Of a stretch of DNA of 64,000 nt, positions 48,919-58,258 are shown one piece after another. The stretch lies in IMG/VR virus record IMGVR_UViG_3300021387_000074, one strand, 5' to 3'. Both the position numbers and the translations under genes were made by a program. This DNA is from a virus. Taxonomy: Duplodnaviria > Heunggongvirae > Uroviricota > Caudoviricetes. The stretch's first letter is position 1. Every line of letters starts with the position of its first letter. The notes under the pieces were generated by a model. That model was not told where the DNA came from, did not search any database, and was given only the letters and a program-made list of their open reading frames with translations.

Positions 48919-49556
48919 TGCAAGACCAGTTTATTGTATTTGAAGAATACGCAAAGACAGTAAAGATTGCTCTCGAAAATATTTTGCATGATTACAATAT
49001 GGGCGATAAAGACAAAGTCCAAGTTATTTATGCAACACCACCAGTAGCATTTGCTAGCTTTTCGCAGAATACTGTAAACGGCGAAGACCCTGGACCACTT
49101 GTTAGTTTTTATTTAAAAGGAATAGAAATTGATGCAGAAGACCAACTTGGTGGATTTACTTCAATTCTTCTTCAAAAGAGATATAACTATAAAGCACCAA
49201 TAGTTGCTAAGTTGCAATATGAAGTAACAATTAATGCAATTAAAGAAAGTCAGGCAGATTTGTTGCAGGCACAAATAATGATGGCAATGCCTTTCAACAG
49301 ACCATATGCAACAAAACTAAATGGACAATGGGTAACAATGGAAGCAAAGGATTTTGAAAATGCTTCCACTATAGAAATAGAAACGGATAAGGATAAAACT
49401 TCAAAAAGAACTTTAAGAATTGAAATTCCTAGAGCTTATTTTGATTATCCAATTCAAGAGAATGATAGATTTATTCAGTCTATCAATTCACATATATTTA
49501 GTGTTGAAAAAGTAGCAACAAGTATGCAAAGGAGTGAAAAGGATGAAAATAATTAA
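48918..49556 (+). CDS. Tail completion/terminator protein (T4 gp15-like)
   Basis: VQVIYATP...PLVSFYL...P....LQYEVTI...QADLLQAQIM..MPF pattern; upstream of the sheath. Confidence 0.6.
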   Translation: MQDQFIVFEEYAKTVKIALENILHDYNMGDKDKVQVIYATPPVAFASFSQNTVNGEDPGPLVSFYLKGIEIDAEDQLGGFTSILLQKRYNYKAPIVAKLQYEVTINAIKESQADLLQAQIMMAMPFNRPYATKLNGQWVTMEAKDFENASTIEIETDKDKTSKRTLRIEIPRAYFDYPIQENDRFIQSINSHIFSVEKVATSMQRSEKDENN

Positions 49557-49698
49557 TAACACAAACAAAGTAATAACTCTCGTTAATGGAAAAAAAATAG
49601 AAAAGTATGCAAGCATTACAGTTAATAATCCTGGAGAAGAATTAATGCAGCAGGTTAGTAGACTTGTAGAGTTAGGTGTTATCCGCGCCGAGTTCTAG
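49543..49698 (+). CDS. Small hypothetical protein (51 aa, not in the ORF track)
   Basis: MKIINNTNKVITLVNG...LVELGVIRAEF*; SD aagga; overlaps the upstream stop. Confidence 0.55.
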   Translation: MKIINNTNKVITLVNGKKIEKYASITVNNPGEELMQQVSRLVELGVIRAEF

Positions 49699-50089
49699 CA
49701 CATTTTGGACAACCACAGCCCCGTAAATGATTTGCGGGGCTTTGTTCAAACACTCCGTGTATAGGACAAATAATTTTTATTTTTGTTGTAGAGTCGATAT
49801 AATCAACCAAAGAATAATCATACTTTCCAAAATGCTTTTTTAAAGCCTTTCTTATAAATTCCCTAAGTGGCATAAATTTACTTCTAGAAATTTTCTCCCT
49901 CGCACATTCTGGACATCCACAGCTACGTTCTAATACATTAGTTGGATATGCTAAAAAATCACCATGAATTTTGCAAGTAATTATTGTTCTTGTGTGAGAA
50001 TCTATATATGTTGTTTTTGTAAAATCATAATTATCGCCAAGTAAACATTTGGCTCTATTTATGAATTCTTCTTTTGTCAGTTTTTTCAT
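49679..50089 (-). CDS. Homing-endonuclease-associated zinc-ribbon repeat protein (DUF723-like) with no nuclease domain
   Basis: Two units of [EEFI..A...G..YDY....Y......I.C.IHG.F...P.N.L..GCP.CA]. Confidence 0.75.
   Translation of the reverse strand: MKKLTKEEFINRAKCLLGDNYDFTKTTYIDSHTRTIITCKIHGDFLAYPTNVLERSCGCPECAREKISRSKFMPLREFIRKALKKHFGKYDYSLVDYIDSTTKIKIICPIHGVFEQSPANHLRGCGCPKCARTRRG
49717..49746 (+). terminator. Terminator-like hairpin inside the antisense zinc-ribbon gene
   Basis: agccccgtaaa-tga-tttgcggggct then ttgtt. Confidence 0.5.
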
Positions 50090-50162
50090 TTACATTTATC
50101 TTTATGATATGCCACTTTTTACAAGATAATTATAATGGTAGTAAACCAGAAAAGGAGAAAAT

Positions 50163-53024
50163 ATGGCAACACAGAGCCCTGGAATTTATGTTCACGAGCA
50201 TGATAATACAGCTTTTGAAAACCCAAAATCAACTTCGGGAACAACTGTATCAATTATCGGCTACGCAAAAAAAGGTCCAATCGGTGAACCTACAACAATA
50301 ACATCTTGGGCAGAATTTACAAGCACTTTTGGAAAACCAATAGAAGGTTATTACTCAGGAATAGCTGTAAAGAATGTTCTTGGCGCAGGTGGAACAGTAT
50401 TGTTCACTCGTGTAGCTGACAGTTCAGCTAGCCCTTCTAACTACATTGTAAAAAATGCAGTAGCAGGAACAAAAGGTTATGTAAAATTTGCAAGAGAAAG
50501 CGATATTCTTATTGGAACAAAAGACTATAAGAATGGTTCTATCTATAATGTAAAAGTTACAGACGCAGATGGAAATTCAAAAGTATTCTATGTAAGATCA
50601 CCAAAAGAAGGAAAATTTACACAGAATTCTATTTACTCACAGCTTCTTCAGCAGAATGTTGAAGGTGGAACACCTGGTACATACGAAGCAAAGATTAACA
50701 AAGCAATAGCACCTGGTCTTTATTCATTCGCAGTTGAAGGTACTGGCGTTACTGAAGATTTCGGTGAAGTATTTGTAAATCTTGAAACTACAAATACAGA
50801 TAAGATTTTTGCAGAAACAATTGAAAAAGCAATTATGACTGGTTCTAATGCAACTTGCGTTTTGAGACTTTCAAAGTCAAATAACGGTTTTGGTGCACCA
50901 TTTGATATAACAGACGCTATGGAACTTAACGGAGTTAAGAAATTCCAGCTGTCAGTTAATGGCGCAGCACCAGTTGTCTTGGAAATCAGTTTAAGTGCAA
51001 CAGATACATTTGAAGATTTGGCTTCAAAGTTGAACGCAAAATGTAAGAGCTTAAATGTTAACGTTATAATTCAGCAGGTTAAATTTGGTAATAGTTACTT
51101 CCCAGCTCTTGTATTCGTTTTGATGAATAAAGGCTCTGGAAATACTATCGCTGTTTCTTCTTTACCAGAAGACAAAGTAGTAACAACAGTAGACCCAGAG
51201 AGTGATACAGTAACAAACACTAACCAGCTGTTCCTTTCTTCTAACTATGACGCTGGAGTTTCAAATGTTGAAGGTTTTGAAGCAGCAGACAACAATGGCG
51301 AATTTTCTGTAAAAGTTTACAGCATGACACAGACAGCAAACTCTGACAATCTTTTGGACGGTTTCTCTGTAGAATATGATGAAAACATCAACAGTATTAT
51401 TTTCAAAACAGACGCTACTGGAACAGAAGCAACTATCGACGTAGTAGCTGCTGAACTTGGTAGAGATTTGTTTGCAGCAAACACTTCTTTCATTGGAAAG
51501 ATAGACGGACAGAAAACTCTTAATGTAGACATTAAGAGAGGAACAGATAAGAAGATTTATTTCGAATCTATAGATAATCTTTCGGCTCCTACTTTAGGAA
51601 ACGTTGGAAATGCAGATGGTTCTGCTTATCTTGACCTTCTTTCAATTGAAAAAGACCCAACAGATTATGAATCAGTTGGTTTCGAAGAGCCAGTAGAAGG
51701 TAATGACGCTATCGACGCTTCTAACAGAGATATGGTAGTATTCACTTCTAAAGAAAATGGTTCAGCAACAAACAACATTGTTGTAGAAGTATACTCTTCT
51801 ATCAACCCAGTTGACGGAAGTGTTAAACACGACCTTACAATCAAAGTTGACGGACTTTTGAAAGAAACATATGAAGATATCTCATATAACTATGCAGATG
51901 TTGACAATCGTTTTGATACAATAATTAACGAAGCATCAGAAAATGGTGGTTCTAATATTCTTAATGTTACAGTTGTAAAGAACGACTTCACAGACGAAGA
52001 AGTTCAGTTGCCAGATGGTGTATACTATATTGGTAAACCAAACAACGCTGAAGATGTAGCAAAAGAAGCAGACGTTTCTTACTCTGCTTATAATCTTTAT
52101 GACTACACTCTTGGTACAGACGGTATCCCAGCAGATGATGGTTCTGCTTTGTTTGAAGATGCTATGAAAGTAGGAACTTCAAAACTTGCTAACAAAGATT
52201 TGTATGACTTCCATATTCTCATCACTCCAGATGATATTTCAGAAGTTGTTCAGAACGCAGCAGTAGCACTTTGTGAAGACAGAGGCGACGCAGTAGCAAT
52301 CATCGACCCACCTATCGGATTGACAGTTAAGGGTGTAATTAACTGGCACAATGGACGTGGATTTGGTAGATCTACAGCTCTTACATCAAACTATGCGGCT
52401 ACTTACTGGCCATGGTGTAAGGTTTACGAAAACACAAGTGGTAAAGCAAAATACACTTGGGTTATGCCTTCTGTAGTTATGGCAGCTAAGTATGTTACAG
52501 TTGATAAGACTGCAGGTTGTTGGTATGCGCCAGCAGGTGAAACAAACGGACAGTTGGCAGTAGCAGATATAGAAGCTTATCCAAACAAACTTGATAGAGA
52601 CGAAATGTATGTAGATTACAACAGAGTAAACCCTATTACTAAGTTCAAAGATGGCTCTATCATCGTTTACGGTGAAAAGACTTTGCAGAGAATCAATTCG
52701 GTTCTTACAAAGATTCACACAAGACGTATGCTTGTTCAGATAAGAAAACAGTGTCGTGAAGCATTAAGAGGATATATCTTCATGCCTAACACACCAGATT
52801 ACTTAGGAAAGATTTCAAGCAATATGACTGCTATCCTCGAAGGCTATAAAGCTGGTGGCGGATTGGCATTCTACCGTGTTGTTTGTGATGAAACAAATAA
52901 CCCAACAGAAATAAGACAGCAGGATATTGTAAATGTAGATGTTGTTTGCGTTCCACAGGGAACAATCGAAGAGATTAACATCAATCTTACACTTAACAAA
53001 TCTGAAGAAACTGTTACTGACTAA
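50163..53024 (+). CDS. Contractile tail sheath protein (T4 gp18-like) with inserted domains
   Basis: SPGIYVHEHD, IIGYAKKGP, AIIDPP, YAATYWPW, WYAPAG, GEKTL, IHTRRML, VVCDETNNP motifs. Confidence 0.95.
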   Translation: MATQSPGIYVHEHDNTAFENPKSTSGTTVSIIGYAKKGPIGEPTTITSWAEFTSTFGKPIEGYYSGIAVKNVLGAGGTVLFTRVADSSASPSNYIVKNAVAGTKGYVKFARESDILIGTKDYKNGSIYNVKVTDADGNSKVFYVRSPKEGKFTQNSIYSQLLQQNVEGGTPGTYEAKINKAIAPGLYSFAVEGTGVTEDFGEVFVNLETTNTDKIFAETIEKAIMTGSNATCVLRLSKSNNGFGAPFDITDAMELNGVKKFQLSVNGAAPVVLEISLSATDTFEDLASKLNAKCKSLNVNVIIQQVKFGNSYFPALVFVLMNKGSGNTIAVSSLPEDKVVTTVDPESDTVTNTNQLFLSSNYDAGVSNVEGFEAADNNGEFSVKVYSMTQTANSDNLLDGFSVEYDENINSIIFKTDATGTEATIDVVAAELGRDLFAANTSFIGKIDGQKTLNVDIKRGTDKKIYFESIDNLSAPTLGNVGNADGSAYLDLLSIEKDPTDYESVGFEEPVEGNDAIDASNRDMVVFTSKENGSATNNIVVEVYSSINPVDGSVKHDLTIKVDGLLKETYEDISYNYADVDNRFDTIINEASENGGSNILNVTVVKNDFTDEEVQLPDGVYYIGKPNNAEDVAKEADVSYSAYNLYDYTLGTDGIPADDGSALFEDAMKVGTSKLANKDLYDFHILITPDDISEVVQNAAVALCEDRGDAVAIIDPPIGLTVKGVINWHNGRGFGRSTALTSNYAATYWPWCKVYENTSGKAKYTWVMPSVVMAAKYVTVDKTAGCWYAPAGETNGQLAVADIEAYPNKLDRDEMYVDYNRVNPITKFKDGSIIVYGEKTLQRINSVLTKIHTRRMLVQIRKQCREALRGYIFMPNTPDYLGKISSNMTAILEGYKAGGGLAFYRVVCDETNNPTEIRQQDIVNVDVVCVPQGTIEEININLTLNKSEETVTD

Positions 53025-53042
53025 TCTCAGATAACTAGTTTT

Positions 53043-53068
53043 AAAAGCCCCAAGAAATTGGGGCTTTT
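53043..53068 (+). terminator. Rho-independent terminator
   Basis: aaaagcccca-agaaat-tggggctttt. Confidence 0.85.
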
Positions 53069-53195
53069 ATTATTTATATAAGTTAATATAAAGGCGTGGA
53101 GCGCACCTATCACAATGTTTAATGTTTAGACGGCCTTTCGTTTAAATATTAAAAAGTGATAAAACCAAATCCAGGTAGCTCGAAAGGAGATATAA

Positions 53196-54293
53196 ATGGA
53201 TTTTAAAAATTATGTAAGAATGATGCTTGAGGCTGAAAAAGCAAAAGATCAAGACGAAGAGAGAACAGAAGATCAGGACGAAGAAGATGAAGACGACGAT
53301 TCTGATGAAGATGAAGACGATGAGGCACAGGCATCTGTAAAAACAAATAAAACTGGCTGCACTGGTAGTGAAGCATCTTGCAAAACAGATGATGAAGATG
53401 AAGACGATTCTGATGAAGATGATGACGAGGATGAAAAATGTCCAGATTGCGGAAAATCACCTTGCGAGTGTAAGAAAGAAAATCTTAAAGAAGCAATGAT
53501 TTACTCTGCAAGATATGCAAGAGGCGAAAAACAAGCTGTTTTGTCAGAAGAAACAAGAATTCTTTGTGAAGACATCAAAAACAACTCAGCTTCTAAATAC
53601 CTTTCAAAACTTTCTAAGAAAGCTGAAAAAGAAGCAGCTAAATATTCTAAGAAAGGAATGAGTAAAGAAGCAGCAACTTCTAAGAAAGCAGCATCTGCAC
53701 TTAAAGAAGCTTCAAACAAACTTTACAAATGTGAAACAAGATATAAGGCTGGAGACCCAACAGCTAAGAAAGAATATAAATCAATTTGTAAACAGTATTC
53801 TAAAGAATTAAAAACTCTTGGAAAAACTGCAAGAGGTCTTAAGGGACTTATCTTCACTTTGATTTCTGGTGCAATTTTGCTTGGTGCAGTTGGAACAACA
53901 GTTGTTGCAAATAACGCTGACGGTGGTATTATCGACAAGATTTCTAGAGCAATTACAGAATTCAAAGGTGGAGACACAAAGAGAGGCTTGTCAATTCTTG
54001 GTGATATTGCAGAAAACGACAAAAACTTTGTAAAGAGTGTTGTTGATGGTTCTGAATTTAAAGGAACTGACTGGGCTGGAAAGAAAGCAGACTTTGATGC
54101 TCAGGACGCTGGATGGGATAATGCAGCACACAGAGATAACAACATAGGTTATAAAGCTGGTAAAGCAATTGGAGATACTGCAAGAGCTGCTGGTAAAGGT
54201 GTAAAAGATACTTGGAGAGGACTCACACAGGGAGCTAGCAAAAGTATAGAAGACAATTCTAGAGGACTTAGACAAGGACTTTCTGGAAAATAA
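53196..54293 (+). CDS. Putative internal head protein with acidic tract, Cys knuckle and TM segment
   Basis: MDFKNYVRMMLE|A leader; D/E run; CPDCGKSPCEC; LIFTLISGAILLGAVG. Confidence 0.55.
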   Translation: MDFKNYVRMMLEAEKAKDQDEERTEDQDEEDEDDDSDEDEDDEAQASVKTNKTGCTGSEASCKTDDEDEDDSDEDDDEDEKCPDCGKSPCECKKENLKEAMIYSARYARGEKQAVLSEETRILCEDIKNNSASKYLSKLSKKAEKEAAKYSKKGMSKEAATSKKAASALKEASNKLYKCETRYKAGDPTAKKEYKSICKQYSKELKTLGKTARGLKGLIFTLISGAILLGAVGTTVVANNADGGIIDKISRAITEFKGGDTKRGLSILGDIAENDKNFVKSVVDGSEFKGTDWAGKKADFDAQDAGWDNAAHRDNNIGYKAGKAIGDTARAAGKGVKDTWRGLTQGASKSIEDNSRGLRQGLSGK

Positions 54294-54296
54294 TAA

Positions 54297-54316
54297 AATA
54301 GGGCTTCGGCCCTATT
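54297..54316 (+). terminator. UUCG-tetraloop hairpin/terminator
   Basis: aatagggc-ttcg-gccctatt. Confidence 0.7.
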
Positions 54317-54337
54317 AAATTATTTATAGGAGAAAAT

Positions 54338-54778
54338 ATGGCATTAAAAATTAGTAGTGAAAATTTTAAAGATAACGAAATAGGCGCAGGAAATGGAGGT
54401 ATTCAGCCTTCAGAAACTTCTAATTTGAAAGGTATGCGCCTTAATAACGGTGCTCCTACCAGAAATGGAACAAATGACGATATTATTAATTATGATAATA
54501 GTGGCAAAGAAAATCCTTTTCAGGACAGAGTAATTGCTTCTAAGCAAGGAAACGAAACTTCTTATACAACAGCAAGAAATACAAAATTTTTTGAATTGAT
54601 TGATAGAGAAGGTTCAGACGATGATAATGGAACACAACTTGGAAATGTAACATTGTCTGGTAGTTTCCATTATGTTGCTCCGCAGGCAAATATAACAACA
54701 GACGACGCAGACAAGAGAAAGACTGAGATAGAACAAATCTATATGGTTGGTTCTGTAAACGCTATGTCAGCTAGATAA
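54338..54778 (+). CDS. Hypothetical protein (N/G/D-rich)
   Basis: 146 aa with SD aggag. Confidence 0.7.
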   Translation: MALKISSENFKDNEIGAGNGGIQPSETSNLKGMRLNNGAPTRNGTNDDIINYDNSGKENPFQDRVIASKQGNETSYTTARNTKFFELIDREGSDDDNGTQLGNVTLSGSFHYVAPQANITTDDADKRKTEIEQIYMVGSVNAMSAR

Positions 54779-54861
54779 ATCGAAGAACCTCCTTTTTTTT
54801 AAAAAGCGAGAAATTTTCGGAGAAGTGCTGTAATGTTTCCAACAACGCAAGCGCAAAACAA

Positions 54862-54885
54862 AAGTCCCACTGAGAAGTGGGGCTT
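54862..54885. terminator. Probable bidirectional terminator at the late/early convergence
   Basis: aagtcccact-gaga-agtggggctt between convergent gene blocks. Confidence 0.6.
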
Positions 54886-54902
54886 AATCATTTTTTTAAA
54901 TT

Positions 54903-55400
54903 TTAGTTTTTTAAATATCTTTCATAAGAGTCAGGCTCTTTAGGCTCTGGCTTTCCTTCTTTTATCCATTTCTGATAACAGTCAACACATCTTACATACC
55001 TAATTTTAGAAGTATGTGAAGTCGCTGTTATAAACTCATAATTTGGTTTACGTTTTTCAGAAGTTTTTCTTTCTTCCTTAAAATAATTACCAACTACTTC
55101 GGGATGATATCTTAGCTCGTGGGCTTGACACCATTCATAAACTTCTTGTTTCTTATCATCTGTGTCTTCCCAACCACCTAGCCAAATAGTTGGCTCGTGC
55201 ACCAAAGGATTATTTTCTGCAGCCATTTTTGCGGCTACAACTTCTTCGATTTCTTTATTGTATTCTTCAATGCTGGTTTTACTTTCGGCAATCCAGGTTT
55301 CTTCTTCTTTAATTTTGTCCTTGAGATAAGCAATATGTTCATCGAATGTTGAGAAGTTTTTACCATAACCAGTTTCATTAAAAAATCTATTCATCGTCAT
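54903..55400 (-). CDS. Hypothetical early protein
   Basis: 165 aa, coupled to the upstream gene. Confidence 0.7.
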   Translation of the reverse strand: MTMNRFFNETGYGKNFSTFDEHIAYLKDKIKEEETWIAESKTSIEEYNKEIEEVVAAKMAAENNPLVHEPTIWLGGWEDTDDKKQEVYEWCQAHELRYHPEVVGNYFKEERKTSEKRKPNYEFITATSHTSKIRYVRCVDCYQKWIKEGKPEPKEPDSYERYLKN

Positions 55401-56121
55401 CCTCGTAATCTTCTAAGTTTCCAACAAAGTCAATCTTGAATCCTATTACTTTACCATCTTCATTTCTTGCGACATAAAGATCATAACCACCATCACCATA
55501 GTTTGTAGAAGAACAAGCACCTCTATTATCAAGATTAGAAACACCGTATTCTGCAATGTTAAAACAACGAGCATCACTTTCATAATATTCATCACGATGC
55601 TTTTTTGCGACTTCGTATTCTGCTATAAGTTGATGTTCGCCTTTATTTACTATTTCTTCTACTTCTTTTGGAAAGTTTGCAAATGCCCATCTTTCTTCTG
55701 ACATATAATTAGGATTAGGTTTTTCTACATATCCCTGATAAAAACATCGATCATACCAATCTTCATATTCTTTTGTTTCTTCGCCGTTTTCATCTTTTTC
55801 ATTTTCATAAATTTTTTTGTAGTATTCTTCATCGAAGATACCAGCCTGCCCAGAGTCTACACCAACTTCACCTTCAACGCGCTCGTTATATTCAAAAGAA
55901 TTATAATCAGAATGTTCTACAATAAGGTAAGCAGGTGCGTCTTTGTTCCAAAGTCTGTCGTCGTCTATCTTAACAATTCTTGCTTTATACTTTCCAGGCA
56001 AAGCGTCATTGATAACAATAGTACACCAAACGTCAGGATCATAACAAGGGTCTGTTGCTCTTACAACTTCACCAAGTTCTATCTCTGTCTCCATAACTGC
56101 TTCTGTAGGTCTCTTTTTCAT
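55387..56121 (-). CDS. DUF4241-like protein
   Basis: VGVDSGQAGIFD and STNYGDGGYDLYV motifs. Confidence 0.55.
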   Translation of the reverse strand: MKKRPTEAVMETEIELGEVVRATDPCYDPDVWCTIVINDALPGKYKARIVKIDDDRLWNKDAPAYLIVEHSDYNSFEYNERVEGEVGVDSGQAGIFDEEYYKKIYENEKDENGEETKEYEDWYDRCFYQGYVEKPNPNYMSEERWAFANFPKEVEEIVNKGEHQLIAEYEVAKKHRDEYYESDARCFNIAEYGVSNLDNRGACSSTNYGDGGYDLYVARNEDGKVIGFKIDFVGNLEDYEDDDE

Positions 56122-56123
56122 AA

Positions 56124-56528
56124 TTAATCCTCCTCGATTCCGAGGTCTTCTAGTGTGAGTTCTGCTAACTCGTCGTCTTCGTAACTATGACAATAATCAT
56201 CATAATCTTCGAAAACTTCATCTCGCTCTTCGTCATATAAATGATAAAGAGTTTCGCCATAATGTTCGCCAAGTTCACTCATAAGGAACGCATGCTGATC
56301 AATGTCGATAACTCTTGCTCGTTTTAAGTCAGAGAGAACTCCTTCTGCAAAAACATAGTCGTCTTCGTTTGTACCATAACAAACACGGCAGCCTTTCTTT
56401 TCTTTTGCACGTTTAAGAAAGTCTTTAACTTTGTTTTTATATTCATCTTCTGAAAAAAGATCGAAACCTTCAAAATCAATTTCGTCTGCCCAGTTAGGAC
56501 TAGACTTTACCAAATAAAACTTATCCAT
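56124..56528 (-). CDS. Hypothetical acidic early protein
   Basis: 134 aa with SD aggag. Confidence 0.7.
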   Translation of the reverse strand: MDKFYLVKSSPNWADEIDFEGFDLFSEDEYKNKVKDFLKRAKEKKGCRVCYGTNEDDYVFAEGVLSDLKRARVIDIDQHAFLMSELGEHYGETLYHLYDEERDEVFEDYDDYCHSYEDDELAELTLEDLGIEED

Positions 56529-56537
56529 AATTATCTC

Positions 56538-57860
56538 CTATTCATGCCATAAATATTTTTCTGTTTCTGAGAATACTTCGTCGTCATATCTAAGATGTGG
56601 CGGTATGCAATTACCTCTACTATCGGGGACATACGCGTGCCGCCAATAAGTATAAAGGTTATTATAATTTCCATTTTTGAAGTAACTAAATTCATCATTC
56701 TTAAAAGCATCTGTCTTTTCAGAACGACAATATTTACAATGGTCTTTTTTCTTCATTCTTATGAGAGTTCCACAAGAACAAGTTTTAACGTCTTTTCTAC
56801 CAAAAAGTCTTTCAATACAATCACTACATATCCAAGTGTTGTCTTCGGTAAAGTGCGCGTCTTTTAATAGAATTTCTTTTCCGCAATTATCACATTTTAT
56901 TTGTGCTTTGCTATAACAATCAGGACAATAATTGTGATCGCCAACAGTTTGAATATTGCCTCTAACAGTTCCACATACATCACAATTTCTCCAAAGCATA
57001 TTAAATAGGCAATCGCCTTCAAATTTTATTTTATCAGAATAAGAAACTACTTCTCCGTTGTTGTATTGAATAATAGGATGAAATCTTAAATAATCATCTG
57101 AGAAGTAATACTTATCTGTATCTGTATCAAGAATTGAATAATCCAAATAAGGATAAACAAAGAAATCTGCTTTATTGTAAACTTTATCAAATCCATACTT
57201 GGCGTCTTTATTCTTTACGTCTCTTACACATTTAAAATGGTCGTCTTGAAAAGCCATATAAGTTTTAATTGGATACCAAATATTTCCAACCATTTCACCG
57301 TCTTTGTTTACAAACCCAAAGCAGCGATAAAACATTTTATAACTTTCAAGCCCTTCATATTCTTTCTTTTCCAAATCAGTTACATAAGCAATGAATCTGC
57401 CTTTAGTAAATACATTGCCCATTGTTGTAAATCTGAAATCACCATCTGTCAAATCAGTACAAGCAGTCCAAGGATTCTTTGTTGCACACATTAAGAAGTC
57501 ATCAAAGTTTGTAGAAATAACCAAATACAGTTTTGTCTTTGGTAATTTATATTTTCCAACAAGTTCTGATAATTCTTTGTCGTTGATGTATTTAAACAAC
57601 TTTCTTCGCTGCCCATCAACTTCAATCTTGTTATCAACAAAATCTCTATAAGAGATTTGCAAGTCAGGCTTGGCTTCTCTGAGTTCATGCCAACCTCTAT
57701 CAAAATACTCGCGTTCTTCGTCTTTTATTTCACGAATAAAACGTCTGTCTTGAAACTGATTTAGCCAGGCGAGTTCATCGACTGGCTTCCAATTATTGAT
57801 GTAATCATTTAAAGTGCTGTAATCATATCCGAACATTTCGGAAATTTTTTCTGTTATCAT
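56538..57860 (-). CDS. Hypothetical protein with C-terminal zinc-ribbon repeats
   Basis: FDDFLMCATKNPWTAC core; six CxxC/CxC pairs near the C-terminus. Confidence 0.7.
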   Translation of the reverse strand: MITEKISEMFGYDYSTLNDYINNWKPVDELAWLNQFQDRRFIREIKDEEREYFDRGWHELREAKPDLQISYRDFVDNKIEVDGQRRKLFKYINDKELSELVGKYKLPKTKLYLVISTNFDDFLMCATKNPWTACTDLTDGDFRFTTMGNVFTKGRFIAYVTDLEKKEYEGLESYKMFYRCFGFVNKDGEMVGNIWYPIKTYMAFQDDHFKCVRDVKNKDAKYGFDKVYNKADFFVYPYLDYSILDTDTDKYYFSDDYLRFHPIIQYNNGEVVSYSDKIKFEGDCLFNMLWRNCDVCGTVRGNIQTVGDHNYCPDCYSKAQIKCDNCGKEILLKDAHFTEDNTWICSDCIERLFGRKDVKTCSCGTLIRMKKKDHCKYCRSEKTDAFKNDEFSYFKNGNYNNLYTYWRHAYVPDSRGNCIPPHLRYDDEVFSETEKYLWHE

Positions 57861-57877
57861 TTTTTCCTTCTGATAAT

Positions 57878-57906
57878 ATTATACCATATTTTTAAATTTT
57901 TGTAAA
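57878..57906 (-). promoter_or_regulatory. Early promoter
   Basis: TTTACA-N17-TATAAT with extended TGn. Confidence 0.8.
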
Positions 57907-57916
57907 TTTCAGTGAT

Positions 57917-58258
57917 TTAATTAATCCCTGCGAGGAAGCCGTCCCTGCTACTAAAGCTGAGTAATTGCTTAAGACTTTCGATGGTTTTATTAAGATCTGG
58001 ATTAACCTTTGTTTCTGTCCACAAACTACTATCTTCATCGCTAGGCTCATCTTCGTCTTCCCAAGTAGCAGAGCCATACTTCATAAGTTTATAACCTGCT
58101 TTAAAAGCCTTAAACATTTGCTCATAAGAATAGCCAGTTGCTCCTGGGCCTTCATTAATATCGGGGTCTATGTTGTCTATCCAAGTGTCAAAAGAATCTT
58201 CAACTTCTTCCCAAGCGAGTTCTTCAGGCTCATCACTGAACGATGTTACTTCAGCCAT
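57917..58258 (-). CDS. Hypothetical acidic early protein
   Basis: Start moved to ATG 58258 (SD ggagg). Confidence 0.65.
   Translation of the reverse strand: MAEVTSFSDEPEELAWEEVEDSFDTWIDNIDPDINEGPGATGYSYEQMFKAFKAGYKLMKYGSATWEDEDEPSDEDSSLWTETKVNPDLNKTIESLKQLLSFSSRDGFLAGIN

Noticed and set aside
49759-49775. Third copy of the TCCTATAC promoter core on the - strand
   Set aside because: Lies inside the zinc-ribbon CDS (codons for ICPIH) with no -35 box or downstream start
53093-53185. tRNA gene (gcgtggagc...ggtagctcg resembles a tRNA-fMet D-arm)
   Set aside because: No anticodon arm, T-arm or acceptor stem follows; kept only as a structured leader
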